64,000 bases of DNA from an uncultured Pelagibacteraceae bacterium (GCA_902579115.1 CACHFP010000002.1:27251-91250), one strand, 5' to 3'; shown: positions 27,153 through 39,537, counted from the stretch's first letter. Notes: generated from the sequence alone by a model not told the origin. Numbers and translations are program-made.

Positions 27153-28103
27153 TTATGAGATTACCCTTTTAGGCTTGTTTTCTAGACAACTTTCTAAATT
27201 TTCAATCATTTGCGGATAAAATTTTGAGTAATTTTCGGCAGTCACGTAACCGATATGGGGTAGTAATAAAGCATTTTGAAAAAATCGAAGTTTATGGTCT
27301 TGTGGAAGAGGTTCTTTATTATAAACGTCTAAACCAACACCAGCTATTTTTTCATCTTTTAAAGCTTCAACTAAATCGCTTTCATTAATGATTGGGCCTC
27401 TCGAAGTATTGATTAGAAAACTAGTTTTTTTCATCATTTCAATCTCTTTTTTTGTAATTAAGTTTTTATATCTTTCACCTAAAACTAAATGAATAGAAAT
27501 TATATCTGAATTTTTAAGTAAATCTTCCTTACTCATAGGTAATACACCAAGTTTATTTGCGTGAGATAAATTTAGATTTTCACTCCAAGCGCAAACTTCC
27601 ATTCCAAAAGCTTTGCCTACTTTTGCGACTTGTGTTCCAATTTTTCCCAAGCCTATTACTCCCAACATTTTACCTTTTAATTCTGAACCAATAGTAGTCT
27701 GCCAATATCCTTGGAACATATTATCAATTTCTTGCTTAACGTTTCTTAAAAGACCTAATATCAAAGTCCAAGTGATCTCAGCTGCTGGATTTGAATTTAT
27801 TTCAGTTCCACACACCAATATACCTTTTTTTTTCGTTACTTCTAAATTAATTGAATTATTACGCATACCTGAGGTCATTACGTATTTTAGATTTGGTAAA
27901 TTTTCTAATAAACTTTTTGTGATGGGTGTTCTTTCTCGCATAATAAATAATGCTTCAAATTCTTCCAAGGCTTCAATAGCATCATTTTCATCGTTGAATA
28001 CTTCATTGAAAATTTTAAAGTCAAATTTATTCTTAAATTTTTCTATATCCACAATCTCTTCAAAGGCATTTTGATAATCGTCCAGTACTGCAACTTTAAT
28101 CAT
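27153..28103 (-). CDS. D-isomer-specific 2-hydroxyacid dehydrogenase family protein
   Basis: NAD motif GVIGLGKIGTQVAK. It also has RGPIINESDL and a catalytic His context LLPHIGY. Confidence 0.75.
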   Translation of the reverse strand: MIKVAVLDDYQNAFEEIVDIEKFKNKFDFKIFNEVFNDENDAIEALEEFEALFIMRERTPITKSLLENLPNLKYVMTSGMRNNSINLEVTKKKGILVCGTEINSNPAAEITWTLILGLLRNVKQEIDNMFQGYWQTTIGSELKGKMLGVIGLGKIGTQVAKVGKAFGMEVCAWSENLNLSHANKLGVLPMSKEDLLKNSDIISIHLVLGERYKNLITKKEIEMMKKTSFLINTSRGPIINESDLVEALKDEKIAGVGLDVYNKEPLPQDHKLRFFQNALLLPHIGYVTAENYSKFYPQMIENLESCLENKPKRVIS

Positions 28104-28990
28104 TGGGTTTTCCTATTTGATAAATAAATACCAGATATAATAAAAGATGCTCCAATAAAATGGAATAATTGAAATTTTTCTTTGAAAATTATAATTGCCA
28201 TTAATGCACTGAAAAGTGGCATTAGCTGAATAAACATCGATGATCTGTTAGGACCTATTAATTCTATAGCTTTTTGCCAACAATAATAAGCCGCGATCGC
28301 AGGAAAGATAACTACATAAATTAAAATTAAAAAAAAAGCTTTATTTATTTTTACATCTAATCCGATTGATTGTTCATATAAAAATTGAGGAACTAAAAAT
28401 ATTAGTCCCACTGTTACCATAATTTGGATTAAAGAAAATTGAGATAATTGAAGTTTATTTTTTTTGAGTAAAGTTGAATATAATGACCAGCTTAAAACAC
28501 AAACTAGCATCCATATATCTCCTTTATTAAAACTTAAAGAAATTATTTTTTGAATTTCTGCATTTGATATAATTGTTGCAACTCCAAATATAGACAATAA
28601 TAATCCAGATAATTGAAATATATTTGTTTTTTCAATTTTCATAATTGACGAAAAAATTATTATCATGGGTGGAATAGCAGCCAACATTAAAACCGCGTTT
28701 ATAACTTGAGTAAAATTTAAGGCAAAGTACACTACAGAATTAAAAGTGCTGATTGATAATATTCCCATGATACCAATTACAAAAAAATTTTCTTTAATAT
28801 ATTTTCTCTTTGCTGAAATTTCTTTGATTGTAAAAGGAATTAAAATGAACCATACCATGACCCATCTTAGAAAATTTAAAGTAAGAGGTGGAACTTCAAA
28901 TAAAGTAGCAAATTTTCCGATAATAAAGTTTCCTGACCAGAATAAAGCCGCAAATGTAAGAAAAGTATAAGCTAAATAATTTTTTGACAA
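28100..28990 (-). CDS. EamA/DMT superfamily transporter
   Basis: 10 TM segments forming two EamA-like halves. The gene has a 4-nt overlap with the downstream gene. Confidence 0.7.
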   Translation of the reverse strand: MSKNYLAYTFLTFAALFWSGNFIIGKFATLFEVPPLTLNFLRWVMVWFILIPFTIKEISAKRKYIKENFFVIGIMGILSISTFNSVVYFALNFTQVINAVLMLAAIPPMIIIFSSIMKIEKTNIFQLSGLLLSIFGVATIISNAEIQKIISLSFNKGDIWMLVCVLSWSLYSTLLKKNKLQLSQFSLIQIMVTVGLIFLVPQFLYEQSIGLDVKINKAFFLILIYVVIFPAIAAYYCWQKAIELIGPNRSSMFIQLMPLFSALMAIIIFKEKFQLFHFIGASFIISGIYLSNRKTQ

Positions 28991-28997
28991 GAATTTT

Positions 28998-30275
28998 CTA
29001 ATTAAATCTTTTTGAACTGTATGGAGATAAATCTAAATTTGTTTTTTCTCCAGCAACAATTCCTGATACAATTTTGCCTGTTATTGCTCCTAAAGTCCAG
29101 CCTAAATGTTGATGGCCAAAAGCATAGATGATGTTTTTATTTTTTAAAGAAGGTCCAAGTATGGGTAAAAAATCTGGGAGTGTAGGCCTAAATCCTAACC
29201 ACTCGTCTTCGTGAGCTCCCAGTTGTGGTAAAAGTTCTTTCGCACATCTAATTACATAATCAATTCTTTTTTTTGATAAAGGATTTTCAGTTCCGCCGAG
29301 TTCTACAGTGCCTACTGCCCTAAGTCCTTGATTCATTGGTGTCATTCCAAAACCTCTATCTAAGAAGATTACTGGTCTTGAGATTAATTTTTCTTGTCCT
29401 TTAAAATGTACATGATAACCTCTCTCGGTATCCAATGGAATTTTTTCTCCTAATTGGTCTGTAAACTGTTTAGAGAAAGCTCCTGAGGCTACTACAGATT
29501 TTTCAAATTTATATTCTTCATTCTCTGATTTCATTATAGTTTCGTCATTTTTAGACTGTTCAACGCTTTTAATATTTGTTTGAATAAATTTTCCACCTCT
29601 TTTTAAAAATAATTTGAAAATTTGTTTTAGTATTCCATGTGGATCTCTAGCGTGCATAGCGGACTCATAGATAATCCCAGCATCAAAAACTGGATTTAAA
29701 TTAGGCTCTAATTCTAAAACTTCTTTTTGTGATAATAGTTTTTGCTTAATTCCAAGTTCATCACGAACTTTTATTTCTAAATTTCTACTTTTTAAATTTT
29801 TATTTGTCCAAACATAAATAATGCCTTTTTTTTCAACTAATCCATTCGTATCTATTTCTTGGAAAATTTCTTCATAGGCATCATTTGATAGACTTAGAAT
29901 TTGATGCATATTTTTAGCAGTATGCATCATAGATTTTTTATTGCAGTTTTTTAAATAATAAAAAAACCAATTTAACATTTTAGGGACGTAATTCCATTTT
30001 AAAGCTAAAGGTCCATAAGAACTGAAGAGCATCTTTGGAACATCAAATAAAATATCAGGGCGATTGAGTTGTAAAACAGCGTAAGGAGAAAAATGTCCAG
30101 CGTTTCCATAAGAAGCTGGTTTAAAATCTTGCGATAAAGGATCTTGACGGTCGAAAATTGTGACAGGGATTCCTTTTTTTATAAGTTGTAAACCTGTACA
30201 TACGCCTTGGATTCCAGAACCTATAATTCCAACTGATTTACATTTATAATTTTCCATAAGGAAATTATATTTCAA
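28998..30275 (-). CDS. FAD-dependent oxidoreductase (DadA/DAO family)
   Basis: N-terminal GIIGSGIQG dinucleotide motif. It has DAO-family length and a C-terminal GHQHLGWTLG. Confidence 0.65.
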   Translation of the reverse strand: MKYNFLMENYKCKSVGIIGSGIQGVCTGLQLIKKGIPVTIFDRQDPLSQDFKPASYGNAGHFSPYAVLQLNRPDILFDVPKMLFSSYGPLALKWNYVPKMLNWFFYYLKNCNKKSMMHTAKNMHQILSLSNDAYEEIFQEIDTNGLVEKKGIIYVWTNKNLKSRNLEIKVRDELGIKQKLLSQKEVLELEPNLNPVFDAGIIYESAMHARDPHGILKQIFKLFLKRGGKFIQTNIKSVEQSKNDETIMKSENEEYKFEKSVVASGAFSKQFTDQLGEKIPLDTERGYHVHFKGQEKLISRPVIFLDRGFGMTPMNQGLRAVGTVELGGTENPLSKKRIDYVIRCAKELLPQLGAHEDEWLGFRPTLPDFLPILGPSLKNKNIIYAFGHQHLGWTLGAITGKIVSGIVAGEKTNLDLSPYSSKRFN

Positions 30276-30302
30276 TGTTCAAAAAAATAGTAGTGCGGTA
30301 GA

Positions 30303-30782
30303 TTAGGCTAAAGCCTCTTTATTTACAACAGTCTCAGGTTGATTTTCTGTGTCTGAGTCTTTTTTATCTTTTTTCTTGAATAAAAAATCACCGGTTAGTT
30401 TTGATTTAGAGTTATTTGATTTTTTAATGTAGCCATCTATGTCAGCCCCATTCTCTGTTCTTAAATTGTTTCCAAAATTTATGTCTCCCTTAACAGTACC
30501 AGTTGCTCCAACTACAACATCTCCTCCAGACACTTTTCCATCGAGATGACCATGTATTTCAACTCTATCAGCTTCTATAGAACCTGTTACGGAGCCTGTT
30601 TCTCTTACAATAATTTCTTTTGAATAGATAGGCCCTTTAATTAAGCCTGCAATATCAATTGCGCCAGAACTATTTATCGTTCCCTCGATACTTACAGTTT
30701 CACTTATTAAAGATCTTTCTGAGTCTTTGATTTTATTTTTTTTATCGCCAAACATTTTATTTTTTCTTAAACTAACCACCAT
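30303..30782 (-). CDS. Bactofilin family cytoskeletal protein
   Basis: Repetitive beta-helix core (IEGTINSSGAIDIAGLIKGPIYSKEIIVRETGSVTGSIEADRVEIHGHLDGKV). The true start may be the internal MFGDKK at 30755. Confidence 0.7.
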   Translation of the reverse strand: MVVSLRKNKMFGDKKNKIKDSERSLISETVSIEGTINSSGAIDIAGLIKGPIYSKEIIVRETGSVTGSIEADRVEIHGHLDGKVSGGDVVVGATGTVKGDINFGNNLRTENGADIDGYIKKSNNSKSKLTGDFLFKKKDKKDSDTENQPETVVNKEALA

Positions 30783-30833
30783 TTTTAAAAATATACAAGC
30801 AATTATTAAAATTAAATTTGACCAAAATAGGTT

Positions 30834-31958
30834 TTAATTAACTGGCGTATCTTTGTATACTTTGCAAGACATCGCTATTCCCAGCCCAAACATAATTGCC
30901 ATCATAGATGATCCGCCATAGGACATAATTGGTAAAGGCGATCCTACAATTGGTAAAAGTCCAAGAACCATCATCATATTGACTACTACATATATAAAAA
31001 ACGCAGTAGAAAAACTGTAACAGTATAGCTTACCAAAATTACTTCTTGTCACATTACCTATTTTCGCTATTCTCCAAACTATCAAAGCATACAAAAACAG
31101 GATAAATATCGATCCTAAAAAACCGAATTCTTCAGAGAATAAAGTAAATATAAAATCTGTGTGTTTTTCAGGCAAGTAATCTAAATAACTTTGCGACCCT
31201 TGTAGAAAGCCTTTTCCTAACAAACCACCTGAGCCAATAGCTATTTTAGATTGAATTATTTGATAACCAGCTCCCAATGGATCTCTCTCAGGATTAAGAA
31301 AAGTTAAAATTCTTGATTTTTGATAAGGCTTAAGAAAGGAAATCGCTATTGGTAGTAAAGCAATGAACGCAAGACCAGACAATGCGAAAAACTTAACCCT
31401 TACTCCAGCAAGCCAAGCAACGGTTAATCCTCCTGCAGCAATTAATAATGCAGTTCCAAGATCGGGTTGTGTAGCAACTAGTATTAAAGGTGCGACTAGG
31501 ACGACTATTGGTAAAAATAAAAATCTTACTTGATTAATATTTTCTATTGAAATTCGATGATAATATTTTGCTAAAAATAAAATTAATCCAATTTTCATAA
31601 GCTCTGATGGTTGCAAATTCATAAAATAAAGATCTAACCATCTCTTTGAGCCGGAGGAAGTCAAACCAAAATATTTTACACCAAGAAGTAAAATGAAAAA
31701 TAAAATATAAATAATATAGCTTTGGCTATGCCAGAATCTTATTTGAATAAATGATAAAAATAAAAACATGCCAAAAAAAATAAAAAAACGTAAAATATGA
31801 CTTTTAGTATGATATTTTAACTCTCCTCCATCAGTAGAATACATAGCCAAAATACTTACCATACCTAAAATAAAAATTGATAAAATTAGAATATAATCAA
31901 GAGATAAAATTTTATCTTTTATACTAAGTGAAGATTGAATTGATCTTGATCTAAACAT
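30834..31958 (-). CDS. rodA: Rod shape-determining peptidoglycan glycosyltransferase RodA (SEDS family)
   Basis: 10 TM segments, SELMK, PDLGTALL and SYGGSSM motifs. It lies downstream of mrdA. Confidence 0.85.
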   Translation of the reverse strand: MFRSRSIQSSLSIKDKILSLDYILILSIFILGMVSILAMYSTDGGELKYHTKSHILRFFIFFGMFLFLSFIQIRFWHSQSYIIYILFFILLLGVKYFGLTSSGSKRWLDLYFMNLQPSELMKIGLILFLAKYYHRISIENINQVRFLFLPIVVLVAPLILVATQPDLGTALLIAAGGLTVAWLAGVRVKFFALSGLAFIALLPIAISFLKPYQKSRILTFLNPERDPLGAGYQIIQSKIAIGSGGLLGKGFLQGSQSYLDYLPEKHTDFIFTLFSEEFGFLGSIFILFLYALIVWRIAKIGNVTRSNFGKLYCYSFSTAFFIYVVVNMMMVLGLLPIVGSPLPIMSYGGSSMMAIMFGLGIAMSCKVYKDTPVN

Positions 31959-33895
31959 TAAACTTGCTCTCCTATCAAGTTATTGGCTCTTTGTCTTAGT
32001 TCATGTCTCTCTAGAACTTTTTTTATTACTTTTTTTGCGATTGGTGCTGCAGCCTTTCCTCCGGATCCACCGTGTTCTACTAAAACACTTATAGCATACT
32101 TAGGGTCATCATAAGGAGCAAAAGCAACAAATAAAGCGTGATCTCTATCTTTATAAGGTAAACTCTCTTGCTTAACTTCTGCTTCACGTTGTGCTTCAGT
32201 GAACCGTTTAATTTGAGAAGATCCTGTTTTACCGGCGAATGTAAACTTTTTATTCTCCCATCTGTGCCTAAAAGATGTTCCACCAGGCTCATTAGATGAA
32301 GAATACATCGCATCTTTAATTAAATTAATATTTTCTTGATTTTTAAATAGTGGTTTTAAGTTGAAGTTAGAAATCAATAAATCAGTTGGAATAGGCTGGT
32401 TAGGGTTTTCATTTTTAAATTTTATGTACTCTCGTAAATTATTGCTTTCTTCATCAAATAATATTCTAGGTTTTATCTCATATCCTCCATTTGCAATTTG
32501 TGCTGTCATTAAGCATAATTGTAATGGTGTGCTTTGAAAATAACCTTGACCTATACCTGAGTGCAAAGTTTCACCTAAATACCAATTTTGTCCAATAAAC
32601 TTTTTTTTCCATTTTGTATTTGGAACCACACCTGATCTCTCTTCAATAAAACCATTTAGTATTTTTTTTCCTAATCCAAATTTTTTAGCTGTTGCTGAAA
32701 GTCTATCGACACCAAGTTTTCTAGCAACTTCATAAAAATAAACGTCACAAGATCTTTTAATTCCCTTTCTTAAATTAACTATCCCATGACCTTTTTTTTC
32801 CCAACAGTGAAATTTTTCACCATAAAGTTCAATTTTTCCTGTACATCTAAAATTATCTAATGGTTTTATTATTCTATTCTCTAAAGCACTTAGTGCTACT
32901 AAAGTTTTAATAGTTGATCCTGGTGGATATAAACCTGAAATAGTTTTATTTGTTAAAGGTCGCTTCTCATTTTTAATCAAACTGTTCCAATATTTTTGTT
33001 CTAAACCATGAACAAACTCGTTAGGTTCAAAAGATGGTGATGATACCATCGACACAATGTCTCCATTATATACGTCCATTACGCAGACAGCTGCTGCTTT
33101 ATCTTTTAAAAGTTCGCTAGTAAATTTTTGAACCTCAAAGTCTAGTGTGGTTTTAAAACTTTTACCAGCTTGTCCTTCATTAATTTGAATTTGTTTGATT
33201 CTCTTTCCGTAAGCATTAACTTCATACCTTTGAAAGCCAATTTCACCGATTATTTCTTCATCAAGTTTTCTCTCAAGTCCTGTTTTTCCAATACTCATGC
33301 CCGGTACATGTAGTTCTTTTAAATATTTTTTTGTTTGCAAATCTTTTGCACTTACTTGTGATACATATCCCAAAATGTGAGCAGAAGAATTATCAGGGTA
33401 CATTCTTGCAACTGATACAACGGGTTTTACACCTTCTAGCTCGTGTAAAAATAAATTTAGTCTTGAAAATTCTGACCAGGTAATATTATCGGATACAATT
33501 ATAGGCTCCCATGGTTTTTGTTTTGCTATAATCCTTTTTAATAAAAAAAGTTTTTTATCAGTTATATTTAAAATAGTTTTAAGTCTTACGAATAATTTTT
33601 CTATATTTTTTGAATTTTCAGGAATTAAATGAACTTGATAAACTTGCTTATTTGAAGCTATTTCTTTATCAAAAAAATCTTTAATAACCCCCCTTTCTGG
33701 AGCTAACTTCCATTCTCTAAATCTGTTTTTGTCTGAAAGTGTTTTATATTTTGACCTCTCATTAATTTGAAGAGATACGAGTCTACCAATAATTCCAACC
33801 ATGACTACTGCCTTTGCTGCTGAAATTAAAAACATTCTCCTACTAATTAATTTTGATTTGATGACTGTATTGCCTGCACTAGGACTAAACATCAC
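31958..33895 (-). CDS. mrdA: Penicillin-binding protein 2 (elongasome transpeptidase)
   Basis: Active-site STIK, plus SCD and KTGS motifs (PGSTIKT, KRSCDVYF, AGKTGSSQ). It lies in the mre/mrd cluster. Confidence 0.85.
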   Translation of the reverse strand: MMFSPSAGNTVIKSKLISRRMFLISAAKAVVMVGIIGRLVSLQINERSKYKTLSDKNRFREWKLAPERGVIKDFFDKEIASNKQVYQVHLIPENSKNIEKLFVRLKTILNITDKKLFLLKRIIAKQKPWEPIIVSDNITWSEFSRLNLFLHELEGVKPVVSVARMYPDNSSAHILGYVSQVSAKDLQTKKYLKELHVPGMSIGKTGLERKLDEEIIGEIGFQRYEVNAYGKRIKQIQINEGQAGKSFKTTLDFEVQKFTSELLKDKAAAVCVMDVYNGDIVSMVSSPSFEPNEFVHGLEQKYWNSLIKNEKRPLTNKTISGLYPPGSTIKTLVALSALENRIIKPLDNFRCTGKIELYGEKFHCWEKKGHGIVNLRKGIKRSCDVYFYEVARKLGVDRLSATAKKFGLGKKILNGFIEERSGVVPNTKWKKKFIGQNWYLGETLHSGIGQGYFQSTPLQLCLMTAQIANGGYEIKPRILFDEESNNLREYIKFKNENPNQPIPTDLLISNFNLKPLFKNQENINLIKDAMYSSSNEPGGTSFRHRWENKKFTFAGKTGSSQIKRFTEAQREAEVKQESLPYKDRDHALFVAFAPYDDPKYAISVLVEHGGSGGKAAAPIAKKVIKKVLERHELRQRANNLIGEQV

Positions 33896-34403
33896 GATTA
33901 CCTATTAAAGTCATTTGATAAATATTAAACAGCAACCAAAATATTGGAAACATAAACAATGTGAAAAACATGTTATATCCAATTTTAGACATAGAAAATG
34001 ATAGTTCTGAGAAATTATTTAGTAAAGAAAAAAATAATAAATTAGAAAAAATCATTGCCATAAAAAATGTAAACCAATCAGAGGCTATAGTAGTATTTAC
34101 GCTTTTATTTCTTACATATGTTCCGAAGAAAATTATTATTAAATAGGACAATGAGCTTATACCCATAGGGAAACCCATAACTACATCGTTAATAAGGCCT
34201 GCAACAAATATATGTCCATTTGCCATGATTTCTGGTCTTTTTAAAACCCAAAAATAAATTAAAATTATTTGAAAATTTAAAGAGAATATTTCAAAAATTT
34301 TTTCTAAATTTGTATCAACTTCACTTATACACAAATAGTAGAGAAGAAGAATTGGTCCAGCATTATAAATCTTATTTAAGAGAGTTGATTTTGCCATTAT
34401 CAA
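33885..34403 (-). CDS. mreD: Rod shape-determining protein MreD
   Basis: 172-aa polytopic protein located between mreC and mrdA. Confidence 0.6.
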   Translation of the reverse strand: MIMAKSTLLNKIYNAGPILLLYYLCISEVDTNLEKIFEIFSLNFQIILIYFWVLKRPEIMANGHIFVAGLINDVVMGFPMGISSLSYLIIIFFGTYVRNKSVNTTIASDWFTFFMAMIFSNLLFFSLLNNFSELSFSMSKIGYNMFFTLFMFPIFWLLFNIYQMTLIGNRDV

Positions 34404-35242
34404 TTATCCTTTTTTTTTATATTTAAATTGACTGTTACAAAAGAAAGTTGATTTGGATCTACAAACAACTCCACTTCTCCATCAAGATTTGTTTTACCGA
34501 CAGGTGTTCCAGCAGTAAATATTCCGTCTTTGCCTGACGCAAAAACATTTATATCTTCGAGAATTTCATAGTCCTCAGGTAAATATTCTAAAATTGGTTT
34601 GCTAGAACCGCTGCCTGACAAAATTGCTTGTGCGCTTTCGTCTAAAGTTACTGGTATTCTGCTATTTAAATCATTAAGCAATAAAACTCTGGAAGATAAG
34701 TAATTTGTTTCAACGACTCTACCTACAAGATAATTATTTTTTGTTACCGGCATGCCTTTTAGAATTCCTGCTCTTGTTCCTTTATTTATAATAATTGATT
34801 TTAAAAATGGACTATTTTTATCAACTAAAACTTTTGCAAGTATTATGTTGCTTAAATTTTTATTAAAATACTCTGTTTCTAATATTTTTTGTAAATTTTG
34901 ATTTTCTTCTGTTAAAAATTCGACGTTTAGTTCTAATGATTTGTATTTTTCTAACTCTACTTTTAATCTTTCATTTTCTTCCCTTACATTTAAATAACTT
35001 GCTATATCTTTTCCAGCTTGGGGGAAAAATCTAGTAGGTGTTGATGCTAAAAATGTTACTCGATAAACTACATCGTTTATAAAACCCCTTACGGGTTTAG
35101 TAAATTTTGTACCATAAACATCCAAAAAAAAGATGATAAGTGCTAAAAAGATTAATGATAATACAGAAAATTTTTGTGCGCCTCCTCTTTTAAGAAGGGC
35201 TGAACGGAAAGCTATACTAAAATCTTCTCTACTGACTGACAT
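34400..35242 (-). CDS. mreC: Rod shape-determining protein MreC
   Basis: N-terminal TM segment, a coiled coil (EENERLKVELEKYK) and beta-rich domains (GRVVE). It follows mreB. Confidence 0.75.
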   Translation of the reverse strand: MSVSREDFSIAFRSALLKRGGAQKFSVLSLIFLALIIFFLDVYGTKFTKPVRGFINDVVYRVTFLASTPTRFFPQAGKDIASYLNVREENERLKVELEKYKSLELNVEFLTEENQNLQKILETEYFNKNLSNIILAKVLVDKNSPFLKSIIINKGTRAGILKGMPVTKNNYLVGRVVETNYLSSRVLLLNDLNSRIPVTLDESAQAILSGSGSSKPILEYLPEDYEILEDINVFASGKDGIFTAGTPVGKTNLDGEVELFVDPNQLSFVTVNLNIKKKDN

Positions 35243-35261
35243 CTATTCATTTATAAATAAA

Positions 35262-36299
35262 TTAGTACTCAGATAGCATTGTAGAAAACAATTCTTCATT
35301 TTCTAAAGCTCTTCCAGTTCCGACAGCAACGCAGGACAAGGGGTCATCAGCAATTGTTACGGGTAAACCAGTATCTTGAGAAATTAATTTATCAATATTT
35401 TTTAATAAAGCTCCACCACCAGTTAAAACTAAACCCATATCTATTAGGTCAGCTGATAACTCTGGAGGTGTGTTTTCTAAAGCTTCTTTGATGCCTCCAA
35501 GAATTTGATTTAAAACTGGCATAATAGCCTCGCAAGCATCTTTTTCTGTCAATTCAATCTCTTTCGGGGTACCTGATCTTATATCTCTTCCCTTCATATT
35601 AAACGTATTATTTGTAGAAGGAATTGCAGTAGCCAACTCTTTTTTTATTTTTTCTGCTGTTGAGTCTCCGATCATTAAATTCATTTTTTTTCTCATATAA
35701 GCGATTACTGATTGATCTAAAGCATCACCTGCAACTCTTAAAGATTTAGAGTAAACTACACCCCCTAAAGACATTACCGCAATCTCAGTTGTGCCGCCTC
35801 CTATATCTACCACCATCGAACCTGTGGCTTCAGAAATTGGTAAACCGGCTCCAATAGCAGCTGCTATTGGCTCTTCGATTAACTGTACTTTTCTTGCTCC
35901 CGCTGCTAATGCCGAGTCTTGAATTGCTTTTCTCTCGACTGGTGTTGATCCAGTCGGTACACAAATTAGTATTCTTGGATTTGCAAATGCATTTTTTTTG
36001 TGAACTTTTTTAATAAAGTGTTTAATCATTTCCTCAGTAACGACGAAATCTGCAATTACTCCGTCTTTCAAAGGTCTTATAGCTGATATATTTCCAGGTG
36101 TTCTTCCAAGCATGGTTTTTGCTTCATCTCCAACGGCCAACACAGATTTTTTTCCACCATCTTCAATAACGGCTACAACGGATGGTTCGTTTAATACTAC
36201 TCCTTGATCTTTCAAAACCACTAGGGTATTCGCGGTTCCTAAATCTATGGCCATGTCTTGAGACCAAAGAGATGATAAACCTGTGAGTCCTTTAAACAT
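35262..36299 (-). CDS. mreB: Rod shape-determining actin homolog MreB
   Basis: DLGTANT, VVDIGGGTTE and LTGGGALL actin-fold motifs. Confidence 0.95.
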   Translation of the reverse strand: MFKGLTGLSSLWSQDMAIDLGTANTLVVLKDQGVVLNEPSVVAVIEDGGKKSVLAVGDEAKTMLGRTPGNISAIRPLKDGVIADFVVTEEMIKHFIKKVHKKNAFANPRILICVPTGSTPVERKAIQDSALAAGARKVQLIEEPIAAAIGAGLPISEATGSMVVDIGGGTTEIAVMSLGGVVYSKSLRVAGDALDQSVIAYMRKKMNLMIGDSTAEKIKKELATAIPSTNNTFNMKGRDIRSGTPKEIELTEKDACEAIMPVLNQILGGIKEALENTPPELSADLIDMGLVLTGGGALLKNIDKLISQDTGLPVTIADDPLSCVAVGTGRALENEELFSTMLSEY

Positions 36300-36309
36300 A
36301 TTTTCCTTT

Positions 36310-37869
36310 CTATATTTGTGCGCTTAGATTTTCATCATCAGGCGCTGTTTTTTTTCTTTTAATAATTAATTTATTTAAAGCATTTAAATAAGCATTTGCT
36401 GAAGCAACTAGTGTATCAGTATCTGCTGCTTGTCCAACTGTGGTTTTTCCTTTTTCCTCTATTCTCACACTTACGGTAGCCTGAGCATCTGTACCTTCTG
36501 TAACAGCATGCACATTATACAAAAGAAGTTTAACATCGTGGTTGTAAAGTTTTTTGATGCATTTAAATATTGCATCAACTGGGCCATCTCCTGTATCTGA
36601 AGCACTTTTTACCTCGCCAAAAATTTCTAGAGTCATTTCAGCTTTTTGGGGTTCACCTGTTCCAGCAAAAACCTTAAGTGATTTTAATTTTATAACATTA
36701 TCTTCTGTTACTAAGCTATCGTCTACAAGTGCAGCTATATCTTCATCGTATATATATTTTTTTTTATCTGCTAAAATTTTAAACTTACCAAAAGCAGTAT
36801 TTATAATATCATCAGTAACATCCACATATCCCATGTCTGATAACTTATCCCTAAATGCATGTCTTCCAGAGTGTTTACCCATTACTAAAGATGTTTTTTT
36901 TACTCCAACACTTTCAGGGGTCATAATTTCGTAAGTATTTCTATTTTTTAACATTCCATCCTGATGTATTCCTGACTCATGTGCAAAAGCATTTTTTCCT
37001 ACTATCGCTTTATTAAATTGAACTGGAAATCCTGTTGCATTAGATACAACTTTTGATGCCTTGCTTAAAAGTTTTGTGTTAATATTAGTTGTGTAAGGCA
37101 TTAAATCGTGTCTTGTTCTCATAGCCATTACAACTTCTTCAAGTGCAGCATTACCTGCTCTTTCACCAATTCCATTAATTGTACATTCTATTTGTCTTGC
37201 TCCAGCCATCACTCCTGCTAAAGAATTTGCAACAGCTAATCCCAAATCATTATGACAATGAGTAGAGAGAATAGCTTTATCAATGTTTGGAACTTTATTT
37301 ATTAATGTTTCAATAATTTTTCTAAATTCAGAGGGCACTGTATAACCAACAGTATCAGGAATGTTGATTGTTTTTGCTCCACATTTAATTGCTAATTCAA
37401 CTGTCTTGCACATATAGTCCATATCCGTTCGTGTTCCATCCTCACATGACCACTCCACATCATCGGTAAATTTTCTAGCGTAGGTAACGCTTTCTTTTAT
37501 TGACTCCAAGACTTCCTCTGGAGATTTATTTAATTTATGTTTCATATGAAGAGGACTAGTTGAAATAAAAGTATGAATTCTAAAATTTTTTGCATGTTTC
37601 AATGCCCGGTGACAAGCATCTATATCTTTTTTTGTAGCTCTAGCTAATCCTGCTGGAATTGAGTTTTTTAGAGTTTTGCTGATCTCAGTTACAGCTTCAA
37701 AATCGCCTGGAGATGCAATTGGAAAACCAGCTTCGATTACATCTACTCCTAACTCATCAAAGACTCTTGAGATTTGTAATTTTTCTTCTAAACTCATCGA
37801 TGCACCCGGAGACTGTTCCCCATCACGCATAGTAGTGTCAAAAATAATAATCCTGTTTTTATCTGTCAT
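36310..37869 (-). CDS. leuA: 2-isopropylmalate synthase
   Basis: IFDTTMRDGEQSPG and HCHNDLGLAVANSLAG motifs, plus a C-terminal LeuA dimerisation/regulatory domain. Confidence 0.9.
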   Translation of the reverse strand: MTDKNRIIIFDTTMRDGEQSPGASMSLEEKLQISRVFDELGVDVIEAGFPIASPGDFEAVTEISKTLKNSIPAGLARATKKDIDACHRALKHAKNFRIHTFISTSPLHMKHKLNKSPEEVLESIKESVTYARKFTDDVEWSCEDGTRTDMDYMCKTVELAIKCGAKTINIPDTVGYTVPSEFRKIIETLINKVPNIDKAILSTHCHNDLGLAVANSLAGVMAGARQIECTINGIGERAGNAALEEVVMAMRTRHDLMPYTTNINTKLLSKASKVVSNATGFPVQFNKAIVGKNAFAHESGIHQDGMLKNRNTYEIMTPESVGVKKTSLVMGKHSGRHAFRDKLSDMGYVDVTDDIINTAFGKFKILADKKKYIYDEDIAALVDDSLVTEDNVIKLKSLKVFAGTGEPQKAEMTLEIFGEVKSASDTGDGPVDAIFKCIKKLYNHDVKLLLYNVHAVTEGTDAQATVSVRIEEKGKTTVGQAADTDTLVASANAYLNALNKLIIKRKKTAPDDENLSAQI

Positions 37870-37886
37870 AACAAATGTTAAAATTT

Positions 37887-37914
37887 AAAGCTCCCCATAT
37901 TACAATCAAAGATA
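37887..37914 (-). promoter_or_regulatory. Candidate leuA promoter
   Basis: On the minus strand: TTGCAA (37914-37909), a 16-nt spacer, then TAATAT (37892-37887). It lies about 20 nt upstream of the leuA ATG. Confidence 0.3.
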
Positions 37915-37966
37915 GAATTTGCAAATATTTATGTAGTTCAAGACAGTGTTTTGGACTCAGATTGGG

Positions 37967-39536
<1,570 letters not shown>

Positions 39537-39537
<1 letters not shown>

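Noticed and set aside
37870-37966. A possible leucine leader-peptide attenuator upstream of leuA.
   Set aside because: The only mini-ORF (MGSFKF) has no Leu codons, and no terminator/antiterminator alternative is visible. Only a promoter-like TTGCAA-16-TAATAT is retained.
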